Notes under the pieces: model-generated
What the model saw: the letters and a program-made list of their open reading frames with translations, nothing else
Told to the model about the DNA's origin: nothing
Databases searched by the model: none
Assembly (NCBI RefSeq): GCF_013817345.1
Contig: NZ_JACDCW010000002.1
Coordinates: 7,498 to 71,497, forward strand
DNA length: 64,000 nucleotides
Reading direction: 5' to 3'
Source of the DNA: Methylibium sp.
GTDB lineage: Bacteria > Pseudomonadota > Gammaproteobacteria > Burkholderiales > Burkholderiaceae_C
In this document: positions 1 to 10,305 of the stretch, in pieces
How positions within the stretch are numbered: the stretch's first letter is position 1
Layout of the letters: every line of letters starts with the position of its first letter
Program-made: the position numbers and the translations under genes

Positions 1-1
1 C

Positions 2-757
2 AAGGTCGCGATCCTGCGCGAGCAGGGCGTCAATTCGCACCTCGAGATCGCCTACGCGATGGACAAGGCGGGCTTCGACTGCCACGACGTGCACATGAGC
101 GACCTGCAGGCGGGCCGCGCGCGGTTGGCCATGTTCCAGGGCCTTGTGGCCTGCGGCGGCTTCAGCTACGGCGATACGCTCGGCGCCGGTGAAGGCTGGG
201 CGCGCTCCATCCTCTTCAACGCCGCGCTGGCCGAACAGTTCGCCGAGTTCTTCAACCGCCGCGACAGCTTCGCGCTCGGCGTGTGCAACGGTTGCCAGAT
301 GATGGCCGCGCTCAGCCCCATCATTCCCGGCACGCAGGCGTGGCCGCGTTTCACCCGCAACGTGAGCGAGCAGTTCGAGGCGCGGCTGTCGATGGTGGAG
401 GTGCTCGAATCGCCGTCGATCTTCTTCACCGGCATGGCCGGCAGCCGGCTGCCCGTGGCGGTGGCGCACGGCGAGGGTCACGCCGACTTCTCGCAGCGCG
501 GCGACGCGAAGGCGGTGCGGCGCGTACTGCGCTTCGTCGATCATGCCGGCCAGCCGACCGAGGCCTATCCCGCCAATCCAGGAGGTAGCGCGCAAGGCCT
601 CACGTCGGTAACCACGGACGACGGCCGCTTCACGGTGCTGATGCCGCATGCGGAGCGGGTGTTCCGCAACGTTCAGATGAGCTGGACGAGCGGCGACGCG
701 AGCGCGGCAAGTCCGTGGATGCGAATGTTCGCGAATGCAAGAAAGTGGGTCGACTGA
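2..757 (+). CDS. purL: Phosphoribosylformylglycinamidine synthase, C-terminal glutaminase domain (5'-truncated by window edge)
   Basis: Frame open from base 2 ([13 protein letters not shown]...). Motifs GGFSYGD, GVCNGCQ (catalytic Cys) and MPHAER are typical of the PurL glutamine amidotransferase domain. Confidence 0.96.
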   Translation, partial: KVAILREQGVNSHLEIAYAMDKAGFDCHDVHMSDLQAGRARLAMFQGLVACGGFSYGDTLGAGEGWARSILFNAALAEQFAEFFNRRDSFALGVCNGCQMMAALSPIIPGTQAWPRFTRNVSEQFEARLSMVEVLESPSIFFTGMAGSRLPVAVAHGEGHADFSQRGDAKAVRRVLRFVDHAGQPTEAYPANPGGSAQGLTSVTTDDGRFTVLMPHAERVFRNVQMSWTSGDASAASPWMRMFANARKWVD

Positions 758-940
758 GGCCTCGCCCGCGCTGTCGGACGCGGCAGCCGTTGCGATAGCC
801 AGGCACCCCCACGAGCCGGAACGTGGCCGTGAGTGCCGAGATGAAGACGAGACATCCCGCACGCCCGACCGCGGCGTTCGAGCACTCTCTTCAGGAGCGC
901 GTCGAGGCTTCGCGTACATTGCCTTGGCTACAAGGAGGGA

Positions 941-1186
941 ATGATCGTGGATGTCGACGTCAGCAACCTGCGACAGCAACTGCCGGACTACCTTGCGCGC
1001 GTTCGTCAGGGCGAGCACGTTCGGGTCATATCCCGAGGCCGGGTCGTCGCCGAACTCATGCCGCCTGCGCCGGCACCGGATAAGGCCGCCGCCGTGCGGC
1101 AGCGGCTGAAGGGCAGCGCGCTGCGACATGACGATCCGACCGGGCCGGTGCTTGCCCATCAAGAATGGCAAATGCACCGCGAGTGA
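941..1186 (+). CDS. Phd/YefM-family (prevent-host-death) antitoxin, no adjacent toxin
   Basis: 81 aa; VSNLRQQLPDYLARVRQGEHVRVISRGRVVAELMP matches the Phd/YefM N-terminal DNA-binding pattern; AGGAGG-like RBS upstream. Confidence 0.8.
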   Translation: MIVDVDVSNLRQQLPDYLARVRQGEHVRVISRGRVVAELMPPAPAPDKAAAVRQRLKGSALRHDDPTGPVLAHQEWQMHRE

Positions 1187-1242
1187 TGCGCAGCATCTGC
1201 AGCGCAGCGTGAAGGTGTGATGCCCCCGCAAGCGCGCATCTG

Positions 1243-1974
1243 GTGAGAGCCGCCTTCGACGCTTCACCGGCCTGCCGCTACGACCGCCTCGACGCGCTGC
1301 GCGGCTTCGCCATCGTCTGGATGGCGCTGTTCCACTTCGGCTTCGACCTCGCGCACTTTCGCCTGATCGACGCCGACTTCTACCGCGACCCGTTCTGGAC
1401 CTCGCAGCGCACCGCAATCGTCAGCCTGTTCCTGTTCTGCGCTGGACTCGGCCAGGCGGTTGCCGTCGCGCAGGGTCAGAGCTGGCGCCGCTTCTGGCGA
1501 CGCTGGGCGCAGGTGGCGGCATGCGCTCTCCTCGTCAGTGCCGGCAGCGCGCTGATGTTCCCGAGAACCTGGATCAGCTTCGGCGTGCTGCACGGCATCG
1601 CGCTCATGCTCGTCGTTTGCCGCCTGAGTGCCGGCTGGGGCCGCTGGCTGTGGCCACTCGGCTTGGTTGCGATCCTGCTGCCGCAGTTCGTTCAGCATCC
1701 CTTCTTCGACACACGCCTGACCAATTGGGTCGGCTTGGTGACGAGAAAGCCGTTCACCGAAGACTGGGTGCCGCTCCTGCCCTGGCTGGGCGTGATGTGG
1801 TGGGGCGTGGCGGCCGGGCACTGGCTGCTGGCTCGGCGGCCGGTGTGGCTTGCCGGTGGACTGGCGCCGGGACTGCAACTGCTGGCCCGGCTCGGCCGCT
1901 GGAGCCTCGTCTTCTACATGCTTCACCAGCCGGTGCTGATCGGTGCGTTGCTGGCTTGGCAGGCTCTGGCTTGA
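1243..1974 (+). CDS. DUF1624 / heparan-alpha-glucosaminide N-acetyltransferase-domain membrane protein
   Basis: RYDRLDALRGFAIVWM, FLFCAG, FGVLHGI, DWVPLLPW and LGRWSLVFYMLHQP motifs; multiple hydrophobic segments. Confidence 0.85.
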   Translation: MRAAFDASPACRYDRLDALRGFAIVWMALFHFGFDLAHFRLIDADFYRDPFWTSQRTAIVSLFLFCAGLGQAVAVAQGQSWRRFWRRWAQVAACALLVSAGSALMFPRTWISFGVLHGIALMLVVCRLSAGWGRWLWPLGLVAILLPQFVQHPFFDTRLTNWVGLVTRKPFTEDWVPLLPWLGVMWWGVAAGHWLLARRPVWLAGGLAPGLQLLARLGRWSLVFYMLHQPVLIGALLAWQALA

Positions 1975-1988
1975 GGTGGGTCGCGCCC

Positions 1989-2021
1989 ATGAAAGAAGCG
2001 CCCCGCGGGGCGCTTCTTCAT
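1989..2021. terminator. Bidirectional intrinsic terminator-like hairpin between convergent genes
   Basis: ATGAAAGAAGCGCCCC-GC-GGGGCGCTTCTTCAT near-perfect inverted repeat between the DUF1624 and PPIase stops. Confidence 0.75.
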
Positions 2022-2040
2022 CAGCGGCAAACGGTTTACT

Positions 2041-2898
2041 TCAGCGGGGCTGAGCGTCGGACGGCGCCGCCGCGGGCGCTTCCTCGAACTTGTAGTCGGT
2101 CTTGGCCTTGTTCTTGAGTTCGTCGCGGAAAGCCAGCAACTTTTGCTGCCCCAGACGCTGCTCGATCTGCGGCTTGAGTTCTTCCAGCGGCGGCACCTGC
2201 GCCTCGCGCACGTCCTCGAGCTTGAGGATGTGCCAGCCGAACTGGCTCTTCACCGGCTGCGCGGTCATCTCGCCCTTTTTCAGCTTAACCATGGCCTCGG
2301 AGAACTCGGGCACGTAGTTGTCAGCCGGGGCCCAGTCGAGGTCGCCGCCGTTGGTGGCCGAGCCGGTGTCCTTGCTCGATTTCTTGGCCACGTCCTCGAA
2401 CTTGGCGCCGCCTTTGATGCGCTTGATCAGCGCCTTGGCTTCGGCTTCCTTGTCGACCAGGATGTGGCGGGCACGGTATTCCTTGCCGCTGGCCTGGGCC
2501 TTGAACTTGTCGTACTCGGCCTGGATGTCGGCGTCGCTGACCGGGTTGTTCTTCTGGTAGTCGGTGAAGAGCTCCCGGATCAGCAGGCTCTGGCGCGCGT
2601 TCTCCATCTGCTGCTGGTAGCTCTCGCTGGCGGGTAGGCCGCGCTTCTCGGCTTCCTGCACGAAGATCTCACGCAGCACCACTTCGTCCTTGATCTGGCG
2701 GTCCATGTCGGGCGGGACCTGTTGGCCCTGGCTCATCGCCTGCTGGACCACCTGCGTCATCAGCGCATCAGCGCGCGCCTTGGGCACCGGCTTGCCGTTG
2801 ACGGTGGCGATGTTCTGCGCGGCGGCGAACGTCGGAACCAGTAGAGCGGCGGCCAGGCCGATGGAAGCAAGACGGGCGGCAAGAATGGACGGCTTCAT
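2041..2898 (-). CDS. Periplasmic parvulin (PpiC-type) peptidyl-prolyl isomerase
   Basis: Signal peptide MKPSILAARL...AAA; EYRARHILV, GGDLDW and VKSQFGWHILKLED rotamase motifs. Confidence 0.92.
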   Translation of the reverse strand: MKPSILAARLASIGLAAALLVPTFAAAQNIATVNGKPVPKARADALMTQVVQQAMSQGQQVPPDMDRQIKDEVVLREIFVQEAEKRGLPASESYQQQMENARQSLLIRELFTDYQKNNPVSDADIQAEYDKFKAQASGKEYRARHILVDKEAEAKALIKRIKGGAKFEDVAKKSSKDTGSATNGGDLDWAPADNYVPEFSEAMVKLKKGEMTAQPVKSQFGWHILKLEDVREAQVPPLEELKPQIEQRLGQQKLLAFRDELKNKAKTDYKFEEAPAAAPSDAQPR

Positions 2899-3008
2899 GC
2901 GATGAACTACCTCGGGTGTTGGATGGGGGGGCGGGGCGGGCAGCGACCGAGTGGAAGGCCGATCTCCGGCCAGGCGGGACAGGCCTCGGGCTCGCAAAAC
3001 AGGCTCTT

Positions 3009-3341
3009 TCAGGCGCCGGGGCGGGCCGCTTCTGCGGGCGCAAGCGTGGTCAGCGCCAAGGCGTGAATGCCGCGGGGCATCCACAAGGCGACGGCATCAT
3101 ACACAAGGCGATGTCGCGCCGGCCTTGCGAGGTTTTCGAAGCGCGCACTGACGACATGAACGCGAAAGTGACGGCCTTCGCGGGCACCAGCATGGCCGGC
3201 GTGCAGGTGGCTGTCGTCGTGCACTTCCAGAAGGAGCGGCGAGAGCGCGCCTCGTATCGCGGCCTCGACCTCGGCCGCGCTCGGCGCGAACTCGGGCGGC
3301 GAGGAAGTCGGCGCGCAGGCGCCCAGCGGCGTGTCACTCAT
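3009..3341 (-). CDS. bolA: BolA family protein
   Basis: LEVHDDSHLHAGHAGA, HFRVHVVS and RHRLVYDA...GIHAL motifs. Confidence 0.9.
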   Translation of the reverse strand: MSDTPLGACAPTSSPPEFAPSAAEVEAAIRGALSPLLLEVHDDSHLHAGHAGAREGRHFRVHVVSARFENLARPARHRLVYDAVALWMPRGIHALALTTLAPAEAARPGA

Positions 3342-3957
3342 CTTCGGCCTTCACATGACGGCTCATGTACAGGCCTTGAGCCAGGGTGAACAGGAGCATC
3401 AGGCCGACGCCGCCGAACAGCTTGAAGTTCACCCAGGTGTCGGTCGAGAAGCTGTAGGCCACATACAGATTGAGCAGGCCCATGAAGGCGAAAAAGCCGA
3501 TCCACATGAAGTTCAGATTGCGCCACACCGCGGGCGGCAACTCGAGCTGGCCGCCCATCAGCACTTGCAGCAGGTTTTTGCGCCAAAGTGCCTGGCTCAG
3601 CCAAAAGGCCGTGCCCATCACCCAATAAAGGACGCTCGGCTTCCATTTGATGAAGGTTTCGTTCTGAAACCAGATGGTGGCGCCGCCGAGCACCGTGACC
3701 AGGCCCAGGCTCACCCACAGCATGGTCTCGATCTTCTTGCGCCGTGCCATCAGCCAACCGATCTGCACAAAAGTGGCAACGATCACGACCAGGGTGGCCA
3801 GCAGCACGGGCGCCAGCTTGGCGCTGATCACGCTGCCTGCCACGAGCATGCCGAAATGCTCGGTGGCGAACGCCGCGGCGGCATCCGGTTCGCCTTCTGC
3901 GAGCTTGAAAACCAGGAAGAACAGGACGATGGGGAAGATGTCGAACAGCAGTTTCAT
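3334..3957 (-). CDS. ispZ: Intracellular septation protein A (YciB/IspZ)
   Basis: MKLLFDIFPIVLFF, ETFIKWKP and WVNFKLFG motifs; adjacent to bolA as usual. Confidence 0.93.
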   Translation of the reverse strand: MKLLFDIFPIVLFFLVFKLAEGEPDAAAAFATEHFGMLVAGSVISAKLAPVLLATLVVIVATFVQIGWLMARRKKIETMLWVSLGLVTVLGGATIWFQNETFIKWKPSVLYWVMGTAFWLSQALWRKNLLQVLMGGQLELPPAVWRNLNFMWIGFFAFMGLLNLYVAYSFSTDTWVNFKLFGGVGLMLLFTLAQGLYMSRHVKAEDE

Positions 3958-4030
3958 CGGGCAAGAGGGCTCGCAGGCCGGGCGTCGGTGAAAGGGGGAT
4001 TGTCCTCTGCCGCGACCCAGGCTCGCGCTT

Positions 4031-4459
4031 TCAGCCCTTCGGCTTGAAGTCGAGCGAGGCGGAGTTGATGCAGAAGCGCTCGCCGGTCGGCGCCGGGCCG
4101 TCCTCGAACACATGGCCGAGGTGCGAGCCGCAGTCCTGGCAGCGCACCTCGACGCGGACCATGCCGTGGGCCTTGTCGACCACGCGCTCGATGATCTCGC
4201 CGCGCAGGGGCTGGAAGTAGCTCGGCCAGCCGCAGCCCGCGTCGAACTTGGTGTCCGAGGCGAAGAGGGGGGCGCCGCAGGCCACGCAGTGGTAGACGCC
4301 TTCTTGCCAGTGATCGGCGTACTTGCCGGTGAAGGCGCGCTCGGTGGCGGCGTTGCGCGTCACGTCGAACTGAATGGGGTCGAGCTGGGCGCGCCACTCG
4401 GCGTCGGTCTTCTCGACCTTGCGGGGTTTGTCGTCGCGGTTTCTGTCTGAGGTGCTCAT
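4031..4459 (-). CDS. msrB: Peptide-methionine (R)-S-oxide reductase
   Basis: TERAFTG, GCGWPSY, CxxC zinc pairs, [10 protein letters not shown] and RFCINS motifs. Confidence 0.96.
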   Translation of the reverse strand: MSTSDRNRDDKPRKVEKTDAEWRAQLDPIQFDVTRNAATERAFTGKYADHWQEGVYHCVACGAPLFASDTKFDAGCGWPSYFQPLRGEIIERVVDKAHGMVRVEVRCQDCGSHLGHVFEDGPAPTGERFCINSASLDFKPKG

Positions 4460-5979
4460 GATGAACAGGAAACCTCCAGGGTTTGCGCCCAGTCGGGCGG
4501 GAAGTCGGCATCGGCCGCGTGCTCGGGCTGTTCGTCGAAGGGGTGCTGCAGAACTTCCAGCAGCCGCGCCGTCTCGCCAAAGTCACCGCCTTGGGCCGCA
4601 CGAATCGCGTTTTCGCACAGGTGATTGCGCAGCACGAACTTCGGGTTGACGCGGTTCATGCGCTCGGCGCGTTCGGCGTCGATGCTGGCTTCGGCCCTGA
4701 GGCGAATGGCATAGCGCACGGCCCATGCGTCGAAGGCGGCGCGGTCGAGGAAGAGATCACGCACGGGGCTCGGGTCGGCCTCGGTGTAATCGGCGAGCCG
4801 GCGCCAGGCAATGGTGAAGTCGGTGCGCTCGGCAGCGAGCAGCTCGAGCCAGCCGTCGATCAGCGCCGGGTCGCCATCGTCCACCGTGGCGAAGCCGAGC
4901 TTGGCGCGCATGCGCGATTGCAGGGTTTCGGCAAAACCGCTGCGGTAGGGCTCGATGGCTTCGAGTGCCAGCTCTCCGGTGGCTTCGCTGACCTCTTCGC
5001 CGTTCGCGATCAGCGGCAGCAGGGCCTGCGCCAGCGCGTGCAGGTTCCACAAGGCGACGCCCGGCTGGCGCGCATAGGCGTAGCGGCCCTGATGGTCGGA
5101 GTGGTTGCAGACGTGGCCCGGGTCGAAGCCGTCGAGAAAACCGAAGGGCCCGTAGTCGATGGTCAGGCCGAGCAGCGACATGTTGTCGGTGTTCATCACG
5201 CCGTGGCAAAAGCCGACGGCCTGCCAATCGGCGATGAGCGTCGCAGTGCGGCGCGCCACCGCCTCGAGCAGAGCGGCATAGGCGTTGGGCGTATCGACAC
5301 ATTCAGGGTAGTAGCGTTCGATCGCGTAGTCGGCCAGTGTGCGCAAGGAAGCCGGTTGGTCGTGATGAGCGAAATGCTCGAAGTGACCGAAGCGCAGGAA
5401 GCTCGGCGCCACTCGCATCACCACCGCCGCGGTCTCGATCGCTTCTCGCCGCACCGGCAACTTTGATCCGACGACGGCCAGCGCCCGGGTGGTGGGAATG
5501 CCGAGGTGGTGCATCGCCTCCGAACACAGGAACTCGCGAATCGACGAGCGCAGCACGGCCCGGCCATCGCCCATACGGGAGTAGGGCGTCATGCCGCTGC
5601 CCTTGAGCTGCAGCTCCATCGGGCCGCGGGGCGTATCGATCTCGCCGAGCAGCAGCGCACGGCCATCGCCCAGCTGCCCCGCCCACACGCCGAACTGATG
5701 GCCGCTGTAGACGGTGGCCAGCGGCTCGGCGCCTTGCCAGGGCGTTGCTCCGGCCAGCACCTGCAGCGCGCGCCAGTCGGGGCGCTCCGCCCAGTCCGGA
5801 GGCCAACCGAGGCTGGCGGCCAGGTCGTCGCTGCGCGCCACCCAATGCGGCTCGGGCACGGCCTGCGCCGGCAGGAGTGTGTAGAACGCCGGGCCGAGCC
5901 GCGCGTAGCGGTTGAGCCAGCGCAGCGGCGGCGCGGCCACGTCTTCTTGCAGATCGAGCGGGGCGTGCAGTGCTGTCAT
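4456..5979 (-). CDS. selO: Protein adenylyltransferase SelO (YdiU)
   Basis: [40 protein letters not shown] and [10 protein letters not shown] motifs; C-terminal CSS. Confidence 0.95.
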   Translation of the reverse strand: MTALHAPLDLQEDVAAPPLRWLNRYARLGPAFYTLLPAQAVPEPHWVARSDDLAASLGWPPDWAERPDWRALQVLAGATPWQGAEPLATVYSGHQFGVWAGQLGDGRALLLGEIDTPRGPMELQLKGSGMTPYSRMGDGRAVLRSSIREFLCSEAMHHLGIPTTRALAVVGSKLPVRREAIETAAVVMRVAPSFLRFGHFEHFAHHDQPASLRTLADYAIERYYPECVDTPNAYAALLEAVARRTATLIADWQAVGFCHGVMNTDNMSLLGLTIDYGPFGFLDGFDPGHVCNHSDHQGRYAYARQPGVALWNLHALAQALLPLIANGEEVSEATGELALEAIEPYRSGFAETLQSRMRAKLGFATVDDGDPALIDGWLELLAAERTDFTIAWRRLADYTEADPSPVRDLFLDRAAFDAWAVRYAIRLRAEASIDAERAERMNRVNPKFVLRNHLCENAIRAAQGGDFGETARLLEVLQHPFDEQPEHAADADFPPDWAQTLEVSCSS

Positions 5980-6093
5980 GCAAGGCAGTCTATCGATGCG
6001 CCCCGGCCCGTTCGACCGCTAGGGCTAACCCGCAGCCGACTCCTTGGGGGCTCCTATGATCCGCGATCGCTTTCATTGCCGGAGACACGAACC

Positions 6094-7740
6094 ATGGCAC
6101 GCCTGATGGGCCAGATGATGCAGATGCCGCTGCTGATCTCTTCGGTGATCGTGCATGCCGCGTGCCACCACGGCGACACCGAAATCGTCTCCAAGCGGGT
6201 CGAGGGCGACCTGCACCGGACCACCTATGCCGAGTGCGAACTGCGCTCGAGAAAGCTCGCTCAGGCCTTCGCGCGGCTCGGCTGCACCGACAGCGACCGC
6301 ATCGGCACCCTGGCCTGGAACGGCTACCGGCACCTGGAGATCTACTACGCCAGCTCGGGCTCCGGACTCGTGTGCCACACCATCAATCCGCGGCTTTTCC
6401 CGGAGCAGATCGCGTGGATCGCGAACGACGCCGAAGACCGCGTGCTGTGCTTCGATCTCACCTTCTTGCCGCTGGTGGAAAAGCTCGCACCTTCGCTGCC
6501 GCACATCAAGCACTACATCGCGATGACCGGTCGTGCCCACATGCCGGCGCAGACCGGCATTCCGAACCTGCTGTGCTACGAGGAACTGGTCGAAGCCGAG
6601 AACGGCGACTACGCCTGGCCCGAGTTCGACGAGAACACCGCCTCGAGCCTCTGCTACACCTCCGGCACCACCGGCCATCCGAAGGGTGCCGTCTACAGCC
6701 ACCGCTCGAGCATCCTGCACGCCTATGCCGTCTCGCTGCCCGACAGCATGGGCAACTCGGCGACCGACACCATCTTGCCGGTCGTGCCGATGTTTCACGT
6801 CAACGCCTGGGGGCTGCCGTACGCCGCGCCGCTGGTCGGCTGCCGGCTGGTCTTTCCCGGCCCGCACATGGACGGCAAATCGCTGTACGAGTTGTTCGAG
6901 AGCGAGCAGGTCACTTTCAGCGCCGGCGTGCCGACCGTGTGGCTCGGCCTGCTGGCTTACGTGAAACAGAACGGCCTGAAGTTCAGCAGCTTCAAGCGCA
7001 CGGTGATCGGCGGCTCGGCGTGCCCGCCGGCCATGCTGCGCACGCTGGAAGACGACTTCGGCGTCAGCGTGATCCACGCCTGGGGCATGACCGAAATGTC
7101 GCCGGTGGGCACGCTGGCCCGGCTCAAGGCCAAGCATGCCGGGCAGCCGGTGGCCGAGCAGCGCCGCCTGCTGCAAAGCCAGGGCCGCGTGGTTTATGGC
7201 GTGGACATGGCGTTGATCGGCGACGACGGCAGCACCCGGCCCTGGGACGGCAAGACCTCGGGCGACCTCGTCGTGCGGGGGCCGTGGGTGATCGACCGCT
7301 ACTTCAAGCAGGACGCCTCGCCACTCGTGCAGGCCGACGGACAAGCCTGGTTTCCGACCGGCGATGTGGCGGCGATCGACGCAGACGGCTACATGCACAT
7401 CACCGACCGCAGCAAGGACGTCATCAAGTCCGGCGGCGAATGGATCAGCTCGATCGAGTTGGAGAATATTGCGATGGCGCACCCGGCCGTTCACGAGGCT
7501 GCCGTGATCGCCGCGGCACATGCCAAGTGGGACGAGCGGCCGCTGCTGGTGGTGATCAGGAAGCCCGGCGCCGAGGTGACGCGCGAGGAACTGCTCGCCC
7601 ATTACGAAGGCCGCATCGCCAAGTGGCAGATTCCCGACGACGTGGTCTTCGTGACCGAAATTGCACATACGGCTACCGGCAAGATACAGAAGCTCAAGCT
7701 GCGCGAGCAATTCATGGATCATGTTCTGCGAGGGGCCTGA
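6094..7740 (+). CDS. Long-chain acyl-CoA / 3-(methylthio)propionyl-CoA ligase-type AMP-binding enzyme
   Basis: [14 protein letters not shown]-binding motif, [27 protein letters not shown] and TGKIQK; N-terminus [13 protein letters not shown] is typical of the DmdB-like group. Confidence 0.9.
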   Translation: MARLMGQMMQMPLLISSVIVHAACHHGDTEIVSKRVEGDLHRTTYAECELRSRKLAQAFARLGCTDSDRIGTLAWNGYRHLEIYYASSGSGLVCHTINPRLFPEQIAWIANDAEDRVLCFDLTFLPLVEKLAPSLPHIKHYIAMTGRAHMPAQTGIPNLLCYEELVEAENGDYAWPEFDENTASSLCYTSGTTGHPKGAVYSHRSSILHAYAVSLPDSMGNSATDTILPVVPMFHVNAWGLPYAAPLVGCRLVFPGPHMDGKSLYELFESEQVTFSAGVPTVWLGLLAYVKQNGLKFSSFKRTVIGGSACPPAMLRTLEDDFGVSVIHAWGMTEMSPVGTLARLKAKHAGQPVAEQRRLLQSQGRVVYGVDMALIGDDGSTRPWDGKTSGDLVVRGPWVIDRYFKQDASPLVQADGQAWFPTGDVAAIDADGYMHITDRSKDVIKSGGEWISSIELENIAMAHPAVHEAAVIAAAHAKWDERPLLVVIRKPGAEVTREELLAHYEGRIAKWQIPDDVVFVTEIAHTATGKIQKLKLREQFMDHVLRGA

Positions 7741-7883
7741 CGGCCTCGCGCGAGAACCGCGAGAACCGTGTCCGGTCGGCGACAGGTGCATGTCGGGATG
7801 TCCCTCAACCGGTGCGTGAACTTGAGACTTACGCTCGTACGGTGGACGAATCAGCACGGCCGACGGCCGCCAAGGAGGCAGCG

Positions 7884-9146
7884 ATGCAATTCAGGAAGCG
7901 CTTGTTCGGTCTGGTGGTCGGCGCGGGCCTCGCCCTGAATGCCGGCGCGGCGTTTGCGCAGAAGGGCGAGACGGTCAAGCTGGCCTTCATCGACCCGCTG
8001 TCGGGCCTGATGGCGTCGGTGGGCCAGAACCAGGTGCGCAGCTTCCAGTTCTTTGCCGACAAGTTCAACAACGACGCCATGCTCAATCCGGCCGGCGTGA
8101 AGTTCGAGGTCATTGCCTTCGACAACAAGCTGAGCCCGACCGAGAGCCTGACGGCGCTGAAGGCCGCCATCGACCAGGGCGTGCGCTACATCACCCAGGG
8201 TGACGGCTCCGCAGTGGCGGCGGCGCTGATCGATGCGGTCGGCAAGCACAACGATCGCAACCCGGGCAAGGAGATCGTCTACCTCAACCACTCGGCGGTC
8301 GACCCCGACTTCACCAACAGCAAGTGCAGCTACTGGCACTTCCGCTTCGACGCCGACACGTCCATGAAGATGGAGGCCATGACCACCTTCATCAAGGACC
8401 TGCCCGACGTCAAGAAGGTCTACCTGCTCAACCAGAACTACTCGCACGGTCACCAGGTTGCCAAGTTCGCCAAGGAGATCCTCGGGCGCAAGCGCCCCGA
8501 CATCCAGATCGTCGGCGAAGACCTGCACCAGCTCGCCCAGGTGCGCGACTTCTCGCCTTACATCGCCAAGATCAGGGCCAGCGGCGCCGACACCATCGTG
8601 ACCGGCAACTGGGGCTCCGACCTCACGCTACTGATGAAAGCGGCCAACGAGGGCGGCTACAACGGCAAGTTCTTCACCTTCTACACGGGCGTCTCCGGCA
8701 CGCCCACGGCGATCGGCAAATCTTTCGAGGGCAAGATATTCCAGGTCTCGTACAACCACTACAACATGGGCGGGCAGATGGGCGAGTGGCAGGCCGAGTA
8801 CAAGAAGAAGTTCAACGACGATTTCTACACCGGCTCGGTGATCCACATCTTCAACGCGCTGTCGCAGTCGATCGCCAAGGCGAAATCCACCGATCCCGTC
8901 AAGGTGGCCGCAGCGCTGGAGGGCCTAAGGTTCAAGAGCTTCAACGGCGACGTCGAGATGCGCCGGGCCGATCACCAACTGCAGCAGACGCTCTACATGA
9001 CAACCTGGCAAAAAGCCTCGGCCGAGTTTCCCTACAGCCCCGAAAACACGGGCATGACGCTCGCACCGGTAAAGACATTCGAGCCGTACGTGTCGAGCAC
9101 GCCGACGAGCTGCCGGATGAAGCGCCCTTCGTCGCGGCCGGCGTGA
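7884..9146 (+). CDS. LivJ/K-like (type I PBP) ABC transporter substrate-binding protein
   Basis: RBS AAGGAGG; signal peptide; IDPLSG, DNKLSP, YWHFRFDA and DTIVTGNWG; heads a liv-type operon. Confidence 0.88.
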   Translation: MQFRKRLFGLVVGAGLALNAGAAFAQKGETVKLAFIDPLSGLMASVGQNQVRSFQFFADKFNNDAMLNPAGVKFEVIAFDNKLSPTESLTALKAAIDQGVRYITQGDGSAVAAALIDAVGKHNDRNPGKEIVYLNHSAVDPDFTNSKCSYWHFRFDADTSMKMEAMTTFIKDLPDVKKVYLLNQNYSHGHQVAKFAKEILGRKRPDIQIVGEDLHQLAQVRDFSPYIAKIRASGADTIVTGNWGSDLTLLMKAANEGGYNGKFFTFYTGVSGTPTAIGKSFEGKIFQVSYNHYNMGGQMGEWQAEYKKKFNDDFYTGSVIHIFNALSQSIAKAKSTDPVKVAAALEGLRFKSFNGDVEMRRADHQLQQTLYMTTWQKASAEFPYSPENTGMTLAPVKTFEPYVSSTPTSCRMKRPSSRPA

Positions 9147-9184
9147 CGCTCGAACAGGCGCATGGCGTCTGCTGCTGAGCCGGT

Positions 9185-9223
9185 GGGGCTCGATCGGTGA
9201 CCCCGCATCGAGCCCCTTCCTTT
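9185..9223 (+). terminator. Intra-operon stem-loop after the SBP gene
   Basis: GGGGCTCGAT-12 nt-ATCGAGCCCC followed by TTCCTTT. May be a partial terminator or an mRNA stabiliser giving excess SBP transcript (inference). Confidence 0.5.
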
Positions 9224-9276
9224 GACGCCGCGGGCTCATAGCCCAACGCCCGCGCACATCCCACCCACCGACCCGA

Positions 9277-10299
9277 ATGGAATTCTTCGCAATCTCCATG
9301 CTCAACGGCCTGAGCTACGGGCTGTTGCTGTTCATGCTGAGTTCGGGCCTCACGCTGATCTTCAGCATGATGGGCGTGCTGAACTTCGCCCACGCCAGCT
9401 TCTACATGCTCGGCGCCTACATCGCCTATACGGTGGCGCAACTGGTCGGCTTCTGGGCGGCGCTCTTCTTCGCACCGCTGCTGGTGTTTGCGCTCGGCTC
9501 GCTGTTCGAGCGGGCCTGCTTGCGCAAGGTGCACAAGTTCGGCCACGTGCCCGAGCTGCTGGTCACGTTCGGAATTTCCTACGTGATCCTGGAACTGGTA
9601 GCGCTGATCTGGGGCCGCGGCGCGGTCGATTTCATGCCGCCGCCCGCCCTGCAGGGGCCGGCCTTCACGCTGGTGAGTGCGCCTACCGAGGGCCTGCAAA
9701 TGGTGTGGGGCGCCGCCGCGCCGGCCTTGTGCAGTGCGGCCGGCGTGATCTGCTCGCCGTTTCCCGCCACGCGCGGCTTCATGATGCTGGTCGCGCTCAT
9801 GATGCTGCTGGCGCTGTGGCTGCTGCTCACGCGCACGCGCATCGGCCTGGTCATCCAGGCGGCGCTCACGCACCCGGAAATGGTCGAGGCGCTCGGCCAC
9901 GACGTGCCGCGCGTGTTCATGCTGGTGTTCGGCGCCGGCGCCGGGCTGGCGGGCTTGGCGGGCGTGATCGGGGGCTCGACCTTCGTCACCGAACCGGCGA
10001 TGGCCTACACCGTCGGCTCGGTGATCTTCGTCGTGGTGGTGGTCGGCGGCATGGGCTCGCTGTCGGGTGCCTTCCTGGCCTCGTTGATCATCGGCGTGGT
10101 GCAGACCTTTGCCGTCGCGCTCGACTACTCGCTGGCGAGCGCTTTCGAGCAGCTCGGCATCGCGCTCAGCCCCACTGTTGCCGGCAACAGCGTGTTCAGC
10201 CTCACCATCTCGCAGGTCGCGCCGATCCTGCCGTACCTGTTCCTGGTGCTGATACTGATCTTCCGGCCCAGGGGCTTGCTCGGCACGCGGGAGGGCTGA
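9277..10299 (+). CDS. Branched-chain amino acid-type ABC permease (LivH-like)
   Basis: NGLSYG, GLTLIFSMMGVLNFAH and GGMGSLSGA; hydrophobic. Confidence 0.9.
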   Translation: MEFFAISMLNGLSYGLLLFMLSSGLTLIFSMMGVLNFAHASFYMLGAYIAYTVAQLVGFWAALFFAPLLVFALGSLFERACLRKVHKFGHVPELLVTFGISYVILELVALIWGRGAVDFMPPPALQGPAFTLVSAPTEGLQMVWGAAAPALCSAAGVICSPFPATRGFMMLVALMMLLALWLLLTRTRIGLVIQAALTHPEMVEALGHDVPRVFMLVFGAGAGLAGLAGVIGGSTFVTEPAMAYTVGSVIFVVVVVGGMGSLSGAFLASLIIGVVQTFAVALDYSLASAFEQLGIALSPTVAGNSVFSLTISQVAPILPYLFLVLILIFRPRGLLGTREG

Positions 10300-10305
10300 G
10301 CCGGC

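Noticed and set aside
4456-4470. SelO TGA stop as a possible selenocysteine codon
   Set aside because: The residue equivalent to eukaryotic Sec is already Cys in the terminal CSS, and the TGA overlaps the msrB start, so it is an ordinary stop.
6162-9146. 994-aa plus-strand ORF in the track
   Set aside because: Chimeric artefact: an off-frame shadow of the acyl-CoA ligase that happens to run into the real SBP gene starting at 7884, which has its own RBS and signal peptide.
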